This document shows positions 47,565 to 57,026 of a DNA stretch of 64,000 bases, piece by piece (the stretch's first letter is position 1; every line of letters begins with the position of its first letter). Position numbers and translations under genes: made by a program. The notes under the pieces are model-generated. The model saw only the letters and a list, made by a program, of their open reading frames with translations. It ran no database searches and was not told the DNA's origin. Source of the DNA: an uncultured Eubacteriales bacterium (GTDB lineage Bacteria > Bacillota > Clostridia > Christensenellales > CAG-138). The stretch spans positions 170,535-234,534 of the forward strand of contig UQGA01000001.1 in NCBI GenBank assembly GCA_900540495.1, read 5' to 3'.

Positions 47565-47925
47565 CCTCGTCCGGCTCCTTGTTGATGTGGAGCTGCTGCA
47601 AAATCTCCGAAATATGGACGCTGTAGGCAATGGAATCGTCGAGCACGAACCGCAACGACGGCACGCGCCGGATCGTCATGCGCTGCCCCACTTCGCGCGC
47701 GATGAACCCGGCCGCATGATTGAGCGCCTCCACGGTATCGTGCCGGGCGCGCTCCCTGCGGTCGTACACGGAAACGCGCACCGTCGCATAGCGCAGGTCG
47801 CGCGTGATCTCCACGCCGGTAAGCGTCGTCATGTCCGAAAGGCGGGGGTCCTTCAACTCCCGGAGGACCCCGCTGATCGTCTTTTTCAGTTCCTCATTCA
47901 TCCTGTCGCCGCGTATGGCGGACAT
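47557..47925 (-). CDS. rbfA: Ribosome-binding factor A
   Basis: RMNEELKKTISGVLRELKDPRL...VEITRDLRYATVRVSV...IRRVPSLRFVLDDS is the typical RbfA pattern. Confidence 0.93.
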   Translation of the reverse strand: MSAIRGDRMNEELKKTISGVLRELKDPRLSDMTTLTGVEITRDLRYATVRVSVYDRRERARHDTVEALNHAAGFIAREVGQRMTIRRVPSLRFVLDDSIAYSVHISEILQQLHINKEPDEDG

Positions 47926-47945
47926 GGGAATCCCTCCGTTTCGCG

Positions 47946-50570
47946 TTACCGCTGCACTTCTTCCATGACGAAGGCTTCGATGACGTCGCCCTCCTGCAGG
48001 TCGTTGAAATTCTCAATGCCGACGCCGCACTCGAACCCGGTCGCCACCTCGCGCACATCGTCCTTGAAGCGTTTGAGCGAAGCGATCTTGCCCTCGTGGA
48101 TGACGATGCCGTCGCGCACGACGCGCACCTGCGCGTTGCGCGTCAGCTTGCCGTCCTGCACATACGAACCGGCAATCGTCCCCACGCCGGAAACCTTGAA
48201 CGTGCTGCGCACCGCCGCGCGGCCCAGCTCCACCTCGCGGAACACGGGCTTGAACAGGCCCTTCATGGCGTTCTCCACATCCTCGATGGCGTTGTAGATG
48301 ACGCGATAGGTGCGCACATCGACGTTTTCGCGCTCGGCAGTGGTGCGCGCCGTCGCATCCGGCCGGACGTTGAAGCCGATGACGATGGCGTTGGAGGCCG
48401 AGGCGAACATGACGTCCGACCCGGTGATCGCGCCGACGCCGCCATGGATGCACTTGACGCGCACCTCATCGTTGGACAGCTTCTCCAGCGCCTGCCGCAC
48501 GGCTTCGACCGAGCCCTGCACGTCGGCCTTGATGACGATGTTGAGGTCCTTGAGCTCGCCCTCCGCCATCTGGCTGAACAGATCGTCGAGCGAAACCTTG
48601 CTGAGATTCTTGACCTGCGCCGCCTTGAGCTTGTCGCGCCGCTCTTCCACGACCTGGCGGGAGAGCTTGTCGATTTCAACAACGTTCAGAATGTCGCCCG
48701 CATCCGGCACCTCGTTGAAGCCCAACACCTCGACCGGCATGGACGGCCCGGCCTCGGCCACCACGCGTCCGCGGTCGTCCATCATGGCGCGCACACGGCC
48801 GTACGCCATGCCCGCCACGATCGTATCCCCACGCCTGAGCGTGCCGTTCTGCACGAGTACGGTGGCGATCGGGCCGCGGCCCTTGTCCAGCTTGGCCTCG
48901 ATGATGGTACCCTTGGCCAGCCGTTTCGGATTGGCCTTGAGCTCGAGCACATCCGCCTGCAGCAGCACCATCTCCAAAAGGGTGTCGAGATTCATCTGCG
49001 TCTTGGCCGATACCGGCACGCAGATCGTATCGCCTCCCCATTCCTCGCTGACGAGGCCATGCTCCGTCAGCTGCTGCTTCACGCGCTCGGGGTCCGCCTC
49101 CGGGCGATCCATCTTGTTGATCGCCACGATGATGGGCACGTTTGCCGCCTTGGCGTGGTTGATCGCCTCCACGGTCTGCGGCATGATACCGTCGTCCGCA
49201 GCGACGACCAGGATGACGATATCCGTCACCTGCGCGCCGCGCGCGCGCATGGAGGTGAAGGCCTCGTGGCCCGGCGTGTCGATGAAGGTGATCCTGCGGT
49301 TGTTGCACAGCACGGTGTAAGCGCCGATGTGCTGGGTGATGCCGCCGGCCTCGCCCTCGGTCACGCTGCTGTTACGGATCGCGTCCAGCAGCGACGTCTT
49401 GCCGTGGTCGACATGGCCCATGATCGTGACCACGGGCGGCCGCTCCACCAGCTGCGAGGGATCGTCCGCCTCGTCCGCGCTGTCGCTGAGCACCTCTTCA
49501 AAGGACTTGCTCAACCGCTGTTCCAGCTCGATGTTGTACTCCGAGGCGATGAGTTCGCACGTGTCAAAATCGATCTCCTGATTGATCGTCGCCATGATGC
49601 CGAGCAGGAACAGCTTTTTGATAATCTCAGCCGCCGGCTTCCCGATCTTCTCCGAAAGTTCCTTGACGGATATCATTTCCGTGGTGATCACCGCTTTCTC
49701 GATCACGACCGGCTCCGGGCGGTGGACGGGCTGCTGCTTGCCGCGCTTGACCTTGCGGTTGCCGAACACGCCGTCGTCCTCCCAGTTGCGCACATCCGGC
49801 CCGGTTTCCTTCTGGATCGCCTTTTTGTTCTTAGCCTTTTTGTCCGTATCGTAGCTGCGCTGGTGCGCGCTGCGATTCGGGTCAAAGTTGCTCACGCGCT
49901 CCTTGCCTGGCGTCGGCACAGCGACAAACGCCGCCGCATTGCGGCCGCCGCCCTGCTGTGCGCGCTGCTGATAGCCGCCCTGCTGTGGGCGCTGCTGGTA
50001 GCCGCCCTGCTGTGAGCGCTGCTGATAGCCGCTCTGCTGCGGGCGCTGCTGATAACCGCCCTGCTGCGGGCGCTGCTGGTAGCCGCCCTGCTGCGGGCGG
50101 CGCGCCGGTTGTGCGGCAGAGCCGTCGATCACGTGCGCCTCGTAGCCGCCGCTGCGGCGGGCGGCCGGTTTCTCGTTTGATTGCGGCGCCTCCGGCTCCT
50201 CATTAGCGCCCGGCGCTTCGACCGGCTGTTCCGGGGCAGATCCGGCTGTCGCCGCCGCTGTCCCGGCCGCTGCGGGTTCCTCCGCGACAGGAACGGTTTC
50301 CTCCTCCGGTTCGTCTACGCCGCCCACGTGTACGGCGAGATCCTTGTCGGAGGCCAGCACGGAGCGCAGGCGCTCCTGCCGCTCCCGCTCGAGGCGTTCG
50401 CGGCGCTCCTGCTCCTCCTTTTCGATCATATCCTTCTCCGCGGCTTTCACGCTGACCAGCAGCTCCGCAACGGCCGCCTGCGCGGCGGCGATGCGCTCAA
50501 GCAGTCCGCTTACATCGCCCTGCAACTGCTTTGCCGCTTCCAAATAACCCTTATTCGCCATACTGATCAT
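47946..50570 (-). CDS. infB: Translation initiation factor IF-2
   Basis: 874 aa. The GTPase domain has [17 protein letters not shown] and NKMD. The N-terminal region is Gln-rich and repetitive. An alternative start at ATG 50561 has better SD spacing. Confidence 0.96.
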   Translation of the reverse strand: MISMANKGYLEAAKQLQGDVSGLLERIAAAQAAVAELLVSVKAAEKDMIEKEEQERRERLERERQERLRSVLASDKDLAVHVGGVDEPEEETVPVAEEPAAAGTAAATAGSAPEQPVEAPGANEEPEAPQSNEKPAARRSGGYEAHVIDGSAAQPARRPQQGGYQQRPQQGGYQQRPQQSGYQQRSQQGGYQQRPQQGGYQQRAQQGGGRNAAAFVAVPTPGKERVSNFDPNRSAHQRSYDTDKKAKNKKAIQKETGPDVRNWEDDGVFGNRKVKRGKQQPVHRPEPVVIEKAVITTEMISVKELSEKIGKPAAEIIKKLFLLGIMATINQEIDFDTCELIASEYNIELEQRLSKSFEEVLSDSADEADDPSQLVERPPVVTIMGHVDHGKTSLLDAIRNSSVTEGEAGGITQHIGAYTVLCNNRRITFIDTPGHEAFTSMRARGAQVTDIVILVVAADDGIMPQTVEAINHAKAANVPIIVAINKMDRPEADPERVKQQLTEHGLVSEEWGGDTICVPVSAKTQMNLDTLLEMVLLQADVLELKANPKRLAKGTIIEAKLDKGRGPIATVLVQNGTLRRGDTIVAGMAYGRVRAMMDDRGRVVAEAGPSMPVEVLGFNEVPDAGDILNVVEIDKLSRQVVEERRDKLKAAQVKNLSKVSLDDLFSQMAEGELKDLNIVIKADVQGSVEAVRQALEKLSNDEVRVKCIHGGVGAITGSDVMFASASNAIVIGFNVRPDATARTTAERENVDVRTYRVIYNAIEDVENAMKGLFKPVFREVELGRAAVRSTFKVSGVGTIAGSYVQDGKLTRNAQVRVVRDGIVIHEGKIASLKRFKDDVREVATGFECGVGIENFNDLQEGDVIEAFVMEEVQR
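49947..50100 (-). repeat. About 5.7 tandem 27-nt in-frame repeats in the infB N-terminal region (GGYQQRPQQ units)
   Basis: Units begin at 49947, 49974, 50001, 50028, 50055 and 50082 (plus strand gccgccctgctgtgNgcgctgctgRta) with a few substitutions each. Confidence 0.9.
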
Positions 50571-50910
50571 GCCCCCGATCGTTTGGTATGGACGCCGGAG
50601 CGCCCTGCGCCGCAGCCTGCCCGGCCGCGCGCCTTATCATGTCTGCAAATCCCTGATCCGTCACCGCGGCGACGATCCGCCCCGGCCTGCCGACGGCTTC
50701 GCCGAGCCCTTCCACGGGCAGCAGCGGAATGCCACGTCCCGCACAGAGGCCCTCATAACGCCCGCGCGTCGCTGCGGATGCGCTTACGTCGAGCAATACC
50801 AGCTTTGCATCGCCCGCACGCACGAGCTTCTCCGCCACAAAACTGCCGGACCGGCACCGCCCCGCCTTCATGCAGAGCCCGACGGCGTCATGCACCCGCC
50901 GATTCGTCAT
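50551..50910 (-). CDS. ylxQ: L7Ae/L30e-family RNA-binding protein YlxQ
   Basis: Track ORF trimmed to ATG 50910. [30 protein letters not shown] is the family motif. The nusA-ylxR-ylxQ-infB position is conserved. Confidence 0.85.
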   Translation of the reverse strand: MTNRRVHDAVGLCMKAGRCRSGSFVAEKLVRAGDAKLVLLDVSASAATRGRYEGLCAGRGIPLLPVEGLGEAVGRPGRIVAAVTDQGFADMIRRAAGQAAAQGAPASIPNDRGHDQYGE

Positions 50911-51163
50911 GCAGCGCCTCTTTGAGCGATGCGAGCACGTCCCCGTCGAGCTTCGCCTCAAGCGCCCGCTCCAGCGCGCGCGTTTTAACCGCACGGTTGA
51001 GGCACTCGGTCGAAGCGCACAGATACGCCCCGCGTCCGTTTGCGCGGCCCGTCGTATCCAGCCGGACGTCTCCCTCCGGCGTACGGACGATGCGGACCAG
51101 CTCCTTTTTCGGGCGCATCTGGCGGCAGGCCACGCACATGCGCATCGGCGTCTTCTTCGGCAA
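50888..51163 (-). CDS. ylxR: YlxR (DUF448) RNA-binding protein
   Basis: (M)[25 protein letters not shown]...GRGAYLC is the family core. The start codon is TTG 51163, 8 nt after GGAGG and 3 nt after the nusA stop. Confidence 0.88.
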   Translation of the reverse strand: MPKKTPMRMCVACRQMRPKKELVRIVRTPEGDVRLDTTGRANGRGAYLCASTECLNRAVKTRALERALEAKLDGDVLASLKEALHDESAGA

Positions 51164-51166
51164 GCG

Positions 51167-52258
51167 TTACGCCTCCGTTTCCCCGGTCTCGACGCGATCC
51201 TCCTGGAAGATGGCGTCCATCGCTTCCTCGGCCTGGGTCTGGCTCTTGATGTCGATCTTCCAGCCGGTCAGTTTGGCCGCAAGGCGCGCGTTCTGCCCCT
51301 CCTTGCCGATGGCCAGCGAAAGCTGCGCATCCGGAACAATGACCTTGGCCGCCTTCTCGTCTTCATTTATATAGACCATGAGCACCTTGGCGGGGCTCAG
51401 CGCCTTGGCGATGTAGACGGCGGAATCGGAATCCCACTCGATGATGTCGATCTTCTCGTTGTGCAGTTCGTTGACGATGCGCTCCACGCGCGCGCCGCGC
51501 TGCCCCACGCAGGCGCCGACGGCATCGACCTGCGGGTCGAGCGAATGGACGGCCACCTTGGTGCGGAAACCGGCCTCGCGGGCGATGGACTTGACCTGCA
51601 CCACGCCGTTCTGAATCTCCGGAACCTCCAGCTCAAACAGGCGCTTGACAAGGCCCGGATGCGTGCGCGAAACAAGCACCTGCGGTCCCTTGTTGTCCTT
51701 GCGCACCTCAAGCACATAGACCTTGATGCGGCTGGAATTCTCATACGTTTCGCCCGGGATCATCTCGTTGGCCGTGAGCAGGCCGTCCGTGCGGCCCAGT
51801 TCCACGTAGGCGTTGCCCTTTTCCACGCGCTGCACGATGGCGGTGAGCACCTCGTTCTCCTTTTCGACGTATTCCTCGTAAATCACGCCGCGCTCGGCCT
51901 CGCGGATGCGCTGCACGACGACCTGCTTGGCCGTCTGCGCCGCGATGCGGCCAAAGTCGCGCGTCTTGATCTCCTCCTCCAGCACGTCGCCCAGTTCATA
52001 GAGCGGATTGACCTTTTTGGCGTCCGCCAGGGCAATTTCGTTGTGCGGGTTCTCCACGGTCTCCACCACCGTCTTGGAGGCAAAGATCTGGATGCCGCCC
52101 ACGAGCGGGTCCACCTCCGCACGCACGTTCGCGGAGGTACCGTAATTGCGCTTATACGCCGAGATCAACGCCGCTTCAATGGCGGAGATCAGGACTTCCT
52201 TGCTGATGCCGCGCTCCTTTTCCAAAGCATTGAGCGCCTCGATAAACTCCACATTCAT
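51167..52258 (-). CDS. nusA: Transcription termination/antitermination factor NusA
   Basis: 363 aa with an N-terminal RNAP-binding domain, an S1 domain and two KH domains ([22 protein letters not shown]). Confidence 0.97.
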   Translation of the reverse strand: MNVEFIEALNALEKERGISKEVLISAIEAALISAYKRNYGTSANVRAEVDPLVGGIQIFASKTVVETVENPHNEIALADAKKVNPLYELGDVLEEEIKTRDFGRIAAQTAKQVVVQRIREAERGVIYEEYVEKENEVLTAIVQRVEKGNAYVELGRTDGLLTANEMIPGETYENSSRIKVYVLEVRKDNKGPQVLVSRTHPGLVKRLFELEVPEIQNGVVQVKSIAREAGFRTKVAVHSLDPQVDAVGACVGQRGARVERIVNELHNEKIDIIEWDSDSAVYIAKALSPAKVLMVYINEDEKAAKVIVPDAQLSLAIGKEGQNARLAAKLTGWKIDIKSQTQAEEAMDAIFQEDRVETGETEA

Positions 52259-52290
52259 GATCGCATTTCTCCCATTACTATTTTTATCGG

Positions 52291-52746
52291 CTAAAACCTG
52301 ATGTTCGGCCGAACCAGCGCCGTCTCCCGGCGCAGGAACCGCCGCGCCCCGCCGTCCGCCGCCGTAAGTTCAAAGGATTCAGCGTCGAACGAGCGCAGCG
52401 TACCGATCCATTCCTTTTTGCCGTCCTGCGGCGCATAGAGCCGCACGACCAGTTCCTTGCCAAGGTTGCGCGCAAAGTCGGCGTCCTTCTTGAGCGGGCG
52501 ATCCAGCCCGAGCGACGACACGCTGAGGTAGTAGTGCTGCTCGATGGGGTCCGCCTCGTCGAGGATCGGGTCGACCGCACGGCTGACGCGCTCGCAATCG
52601 TTCAGATCAACGCCCCCCTCGCGGTCAATATACAGCGTGAGAACCCAGTTGCCGTGCTCCTTCTGGAACTCCACGTCGCAAAGCGAAAAGCCCATCGCCT
52701 CCACCGTTTCACGCAGAAGCGATTCCACCAGCTCCGTCGTCTTCAA
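52291..52746 (-). CDS. rimP: Ribosome maturation factor RimP
   Basis: (M)[26 protein letters not shown]...[12 protein letters not shown] matches RimP spacing. The start is placed at TTG 52746, 4 nt after AAGGGGGGTG. An alternative ATG at 52791 has no SD. Confidence 0.8.
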   Translation of the reverse strand: MKTTELVESLLRETVEAMGFSLCDVEFQKEHGNWVLTLYIDREGGVDLNDCERVSRAVDPILDEADPIEQHYYLSVSSLGLDRPLKKDADFARNLGKELVVRLYAPQDGKKEWIGTLRSFDAESFELTAADGGARRFLRRETALVRPNIRF

Positions 52747-52791
52747 TTCGCACCCCCCTTTGCTCCCGGGCCGGCGCAACGCGCCACCCAT

Positions 52792-52820
52792 CAAAATGAA
52801 AGAGTGGGTTTCCCCACTCT
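52792..52820 (-). promoter_or_regulatory. Terminator-like hairpin in the rimP-nusA leader (candidate attenuator)
   Basis: Minus strand AGAGTGGG-gaaa-CCCACTCT (8-bp perfect stem), followed by TTCATTTTG. It lies between the predicted promoter and the rimP start. Confidence 0.4.
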
Positions 52821-52849
52821 CTCGACGTGCTCACATACCAACAAACGAT

Positions 52850-52878
52850 AGTATAGCACAGCATCGGCGCCATTGCAA
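52850..52878 (-). promoter_or_regulatory. Sigma-A promoter of the rimP-nusA-infB operon
   Basis: Minus strand TTGCAA-17 nt-TATACT. Confidence 0.55.
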
Positions 52879-52991
52879 GCCCCTTTTCCGGCCGATTGCA
52901 ACCTTTTGTCGGCGTCGCAATCCGGAAAACCGTCCGCTGGCGTCATGTACGGCTGCGCATCCGCCTCTTCCGGGCGTCCGCAGTCGACCGG

Positions 52992-53048
52992 CAAAAATCC
53001 CCCCGCGGCACATGGCAAAACATTTCCGTTTCAACAACGCGCGGGGGG
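52992..53048 (-). terminator. Probable terminator of the accessory ABC/catabolic operon
   Basis: Minus strand CCCCCCGCG-32-nt loop-CGCGGGGGG (9 G-C pairs), followed by ATTTTTGCC, 28 nt after the permease stop. The unusually large loop lowers confidence. Confidence 0.45.
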
Positions 53049-53075
53049 ACGAAGGGGGCGGCAGGACAGCGGATG

Positions 53076-54359
53076 TTATTTTGTACCGCTGCTGATGATT
53101 TTCAACGACTTCTTCCTGTTGGACGACTGGTTCCACGCATAGAGCGCCAGCGAAGCGGCGATGACGCCATAGCTGATGAAGACGCGGAAATACTCGCCGA
53201 TCTGCGCGTCGCTAAACAGATTCAGCCCGGCCAGCGGCATGGTGAAGAACAGGATGTGGAACAGCAGCGCGCCAAGGAACACCTGCCCGATGGTAGCCTT
53301 GCGGATGGACGCGCCGCCGACAAGCAGGGCCGCCACCGAATACATGCCGACCTGCTCGTGGCTCGTATAGGTGTTTACAAGGCCCATGTTCTGCAGATAG
53401 ATGATCTGGCCCCAGGCCGCAAACACGGTGGAGATGATCGTGGCAATCACGCGGGTTCTGGCAACCTTGATACCGGCAGCCGAGGCCACCTGCATGCTGT
53501 TGCCGCAGGTGCGGATATCCTGCCCCAGCTTTGTCCTGCTGATATATACGCTGACCAGACAGACGCAAAAGATGATAAACGCCGTAAACACCGGCACCTG
53601 CACGGTGCAGGCGGCCTGCAGCAGGGGCGGGATGAACAGCAGCAGGCAATAGCCCAGCACGAGACCAGCCGTGGCAATGAGCAACCCTCTGGTCCTGCCC
53701 AACGCCTCGCCAAGGCTCTGCTTTTTGAAAAACAGCCGGCAGGCCGTCGCCCCGGCCGTCACAACCAGCAGCAACAGCATCATCCAAAGCGTGAAATCCA
53801 GAAGCGGGATCTTCAGGACATTGTCCAGCACGTATTTGATATTGTCGTTAAAATCGATCGTGTTTTTCAGGCCGACGCCGCCGCTGAGGATCAGCACGGG
53901 GTTGTCCATCGGGATGATTTTTCCAAAGAGCTTCAGAAACACCAGATCGAAAACGCCCTTGGCAAAATAGCCGATGATCATGCCGGTAATCATCTCCTGC
54001 CCGACCGTCCGGTTAAAGATTCCGCCGGCAAACAGCCCAAATACAAGCGACAGCAGGGTGGCAATCAACATGCAGATCAAGATGCCGCCGGCGCCGCCAA
54101 TACCCCAATGCGTGATGAGGATCAGGCCGATTTGGCCGGCAGCAGCGCCCAGAACGATGGAGAAGTTCAGGCCCATACCGCAAAGAACGGGCATGAGCAG
54201 CGAAAGGACCAGAACGGAGTTGCGGCAAATTCTCGAAATCGTTTCCTGCAGGACAAAGCTTGCGGATTGTCCGGAAAACGCGATGCTGAAGACGCACAGA
54301 ACCGCAAAGATGATCGTGACGATGTTTTTCTTGATAATCGCGCCCACTTTTTCGTTCAT
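53076..54359 (-). CDS. ABC transporter permease (CUT2/Bmp-type), long form
   Basis: Track ORF trimmed to ATG 54359, which overlaps the upstream stop (ATGA). 427 aa, about 10 TM segments. RTKLGQDIRTCGNSMQVASAAGIKV is the conserved cytoplasmic loop of this permease family. Confidence 0.88.
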   Translation of the reverse strand: MNEKVGAIIKKNIVTIIFAVLCVFSIAFSGQSASFVLQETISRICRNSVLVLSLLMPVLCGMGLNFSIVLGAAAGQIGLILITHWGIGGAGGILICMLIATLLSLVFGLFAGGIFNRTVGQEMITGMIIGYFAKGVFDLVFLKLFGKIIPMDNPVLILSGGVGLKNTIDFNDNIKYVLDNVLKIPLLDFTLWMMLLLLVVTAGATACRLFFKKQSLGEALGRTRGLLIATAGLVLGYCLLLFIPPLLQAACTVQVPVFTAFIIFCVCLVSVYISRTKLGQDIRTCGNSMQVASAAGIKVARTRVIATIISTVFAAWGQIIYLQNMGLVNTYTSHEQVGMYSVAALLVGGASIRKATIGQVFLGALLFHILFFTMPLAGLNLFSDAQIGEYFRVFISYGVIAASLALYAWNQSSNRKKSLKIISSGTK

Positions 54360-55396
54360 CTTGCCTTCCCTCCGTCCAGCTTCGTTAATGCGTAAAGAAT
54401 AATGCCATTGCTCACAATCGTGCGCAAAATCTCGGACAGGCTGCTGTCGGAGAGCATTTCGCTTGCTACCGGCAGAGCAATCGTCAGGATGGACTGATAC
54501 AGGATGGCGCCGACGATCACGTTCCCGATGGTCGCCCGCTTGGTCGTCGCTCCGCCGATCAGGATGGCCGATATCGCAGGGTATGCCATCATGATGGGCG
54601 CGTTGTAAAGCTGATAAAAGCCGAAGCTCTGCGAATAAACGAGAATACCGACCGCGCCCAGCACGGTGGAAAGGATGGTTCCCTGCATCCGTACCCGATC
54701 GTTGTCGATGCCGATCGCCGCGCCAAACATGGGATTGCTGCCGCTGCTGCTCATCATGATGCCCGCCTTGCTCCTCACGAAAAGCCACATCACAAGGCAT
54801 AGCAGCGCAACGAGAAGCAGCATGCCGCTCGGGATCGTAATCCCAAACACATCAAACGACCAGAGGTTGTCCAATATCTTTTCGTAGTTTTCCTCCAGCG
54901 TAATGGTGCTCCTTACGCCGCTGCCCATCGCCCAGATGATCTTGCCGTTTTTGAACGGGAGCACCATCCAGGCAATGCACATGAGTGAAATGACCGAAAA
55001 GTTCAGGTAATTGCCGACCATCATCTCGGAACCCCGCATCCGATTCAGCAGCAGGCCATAGCCATACCCGGCCGCCAGCGCCATGACGATGGCCATGAGG
55101 CAGGCTGCCAGGAAGCCGGCCATGCCGGTCATGCCGATCTCCACCGTAATCAGACCGGAGAGCAGCCCGAATACGATGCCGATGGGCAGGCCGAAGTTCA
55201 GGCCGATGCCGCTCTGGATCGCCGGCAACATGGCAAGGACAAAAATCGCATTCATCCCGATTCGCACAAGCGAATTGGACAGCAATGTCGCTACGCTCAT
55301 GCCCTGAAGCGACGCGGCAACCAGCAGGACGATCAAAAATACAATGATAATCCACTGCGACAGGCCGAGCCCGAGAATCTTGTTTTCCTTCAGCAT
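54356..55396 (-). CDS. ABC transporter permease (CUT2/Bmp-type)
   Basis: 346 aa and polytopic. The loop RSKAGIMMSSSGSNPMFGAAIGIDNDRV is equivalent to that of the partner permease. The start overlaps the ATPase stop by 7 nt. Confidence 0.88.
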   Translation of the reverse strand: MLKENKILGLGLSQWIIIVFLIVLLVAASLQGMSVATLLSNSLVRIGMNAIFVLAMLPAIQSGIGLNFGLPIGIVFGLLSGLITVEIGMTGMAGFLAACLMAIVMALAAGYGYGLLLNRMRGSEMMVGNYLNFSVISLMCIAWMVLPFKNGKIIWAMGSGVRSTITLEENYEKILDNLWSFDVFGITIPSGMLLLVALLCLVMWLFVRSKAGIMMSSSGSNPMFGAAIGIDNDRVRMQGTILSTVLGAVGILVYSQSFGFYQLYNAPIMMAYPAISAILIGGATTKRATIGNVIVGAILYQSILTIALPVASEMLSDSSLSEILRTIVSNGIILYALTKLDGGKAR

Positions 55397-57000
55397 GATT
55401 CCGCCTCCCCTTCCTCGGCCGGAAGTCTCTGTCCGCTCATCAGCAGGCCAAACTTATGGTCTGCATCATCGGGCTTCAATACGCCGACGATCTTCCCTTC
55501 CGTAACAATCGCAATCCGGTCGCAGACGGAGCGCAGCTCCGCCAGCTCGCTTGAGGTGATCACGACGGTGATCCCACGTTCCCGATTCATCTCGACGAGC
55601 GAGTCCAGTATCTTCTTCTTCGCGCCGATGTCAATCCCGCGCGTAGGCTCCGACACGAACAGGATGCGTGGCTCCATGGAAACGGCGCGCGCGATGCAGA
55701 CCTTCTGCTGGTTCCCGCCGCTCAGGCGGCGCACGAGCTGGTTTGCGCCCGTACAGCGGATATCAAAGGTCTGGATCATCTCCCTTGCAAACTTTCTTCC
55801 GCTCCTGCGGTCGTAAAAGTGCACGCCGCAAATCCTTCTGGTAAAACGATTCTTCACGCGCATGGCCGCAACGGTGATATTGGTTTCGATGGACTGATCC
55901 AGCAGCAGTCCGACGCCACGCCGATCCTCCGACACGAACATGACGCCCTTCTTCAGGGTGGCAAGCGCATCGGACACGTGCAGCTCCTCCCCGTCCAGCC
56001 TGACCACGCCCGCCGTCGGATAAAGCCCGTTGATCCCGTTGGCAATGGCCGCTTTCCCGTGGCCTGCCAGCCCCGCGAAGCCCAGTATCTCGCCTTCCCT
56101 GATGGCAAAGTTGACACGGCGGAGCGCCTCCCCCGGCATATCGACGGAAAAATCCTCAATCTCGATGATCGTTCTGCCCGTCTCCGCATGGTCATGGTCG
56201 TCGCGTCGGGTCAGCTCCACTTCACGCCCCACCATCAGCTCGGAGATGCGGACGGCGGATACTTCCGCCGTCGGGTAACAGCCGATCAACGAGCCGTCGC
56301 GCATGATCGCCACCCGATCGGAATACTTTTTGATCTCATCCAGACGGTGGCTGATAAAGATAAATGAAATGCCCTGCCTGGCGACCGCTTTGACGCAATC
56401 CAGAAACTGACGCGCTTCCTCTTCGGTCAACACGGCCGTCGGCTCGTCCAGCACGATCAGGCGAATATTCTTTTTGTCCAGTTCCCTTGCGATTTCGATG
56501 AACTGCTTGTATCCCACCGGCAGCCTTCCAACCAGCGTCGATACCGGCAGCTGCAACCCCAAACGATCAAGGGTCTGCTCCGAGTCCCGCCGCATAGCCT
56601 CCCGATCCAACAGGGAAAGGTTTCTGCCGAGCACGCGGCTCAGGGCGGTCTGCTTCAGGTTTTCGCGGTTCAGTTTGATGTTCTCGGCAAGATCGTAGCC
56701 GTCGATCAGCATGAATTCCTGATGGACCATGCCGATCCCCTGCCGCATGGCGTCAAACGGCGACTGGATGTGGACCGGTTCGCCGTCGATCAGAACCTCT
56801 CCGGTAAAACCGCCTGTGGAATGAATGACGGGCATGCCGAACAATATGTTCATCAGGGTGGATTTCCCCGCCCCGTTTTCGCCTACGAGCGCAAGGATTT
56901 CCCCCTTCCCGACGTCAATGCTGACATCCCTCAACACGGTATTTCCAAAATACTGTTTGGTAATATTCCGCATTTCCAGGATGCTCTCGCCCTGTCCCAT
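55390..57000 (-). CDS. ABC transporter ATP-binding protein with duplicated NBDs (CUT2-type)
   Basis: ATG 57000 has an AAGGAGG SD. NBD1 has Walker A GENGAGKST but a degenerate signature (LPVGYKQ). NBD2 has a degenerate Walker A (GLAGHGKAA) but a canonical LSGGNQQK. This predicts one consensus and one degenerate ATP site, as is usual for the family. Confidence 0.9.
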   Translation of the reverse strand: MGQGESILEMRNITKQYFGNTVLRDVSIDVGKGEILALVGENGAGKSTLMNILFGMPVIHSTGGFTGEVLIDGEPVHIQSPFDAMRQGIGMVHQEFMLIDGYDLAENIKLNRENLKQTALSRVLGRNLSLLDREAMRRDSEQTLDRLGLQLPVSTLVGRLPVGYKQFIEIARELDKKNIRLIVLDEPTAVLTEEEARQFLDCVKAVARQGISFIFISHRLDEIKKYSDRVAIMRDGSLIGCYPTAEVSAVRISELMVGREVELTRRDDHDHAETGRTIIEIEDFSVDMPGEALRRVNFAIREGEILGFAGLAGHGKAAIANGINGLYPTAGVVRLDGEELHVSDALATLKKGVMFVSEDRRGVGLLLDQSIETNITVAAMRVKNRFTRRICGVHFYDRRSGRKFAREMIQTFDIRCTGANQLVRRLSGGNQQKVCIARAVSMEPRILFVSEPTRGIDIGAKKKILDSLVEMNRERGITVVITSSELAELRSVCDRIAIVTEGKIVGVLKPDDADHKFGLLMSGQRLPAEEGEAESC

Positions 57001-57026
57001 TTCTACCTCCTTCTCCGCCTGCACGT

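Noticed and set aside
49947-50100. Regularly spaced direct repeats here, at 9181-9240 and at 36089-36172, considered as possible CRISPR or other non-coding repeat arrays.
   Set aside because: The units are contiguous with no spacers. They are in frame inside infB, the hydrolase linker and the DivIVA-like tail respectively. No cas genes are present.
52795-53075. Small ORFs in the largest intergenic gap (52831-53136 minus, 52873-53142 plus, 52791-53018 minus). Also considered the possibility of a tRNA or sRNA gene here or in the other gaps (63045-63286, 35728-35933, 44080-44273).
   Set aside because: The ORFs lack an SD and overlap the predicted rimP promoter and the ABC-operon terminator. I could not fold any gap into a cloverleaf or recognise a known RNA family by eye. 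An unannotated sRNA cannot be excluded without a covariance search.
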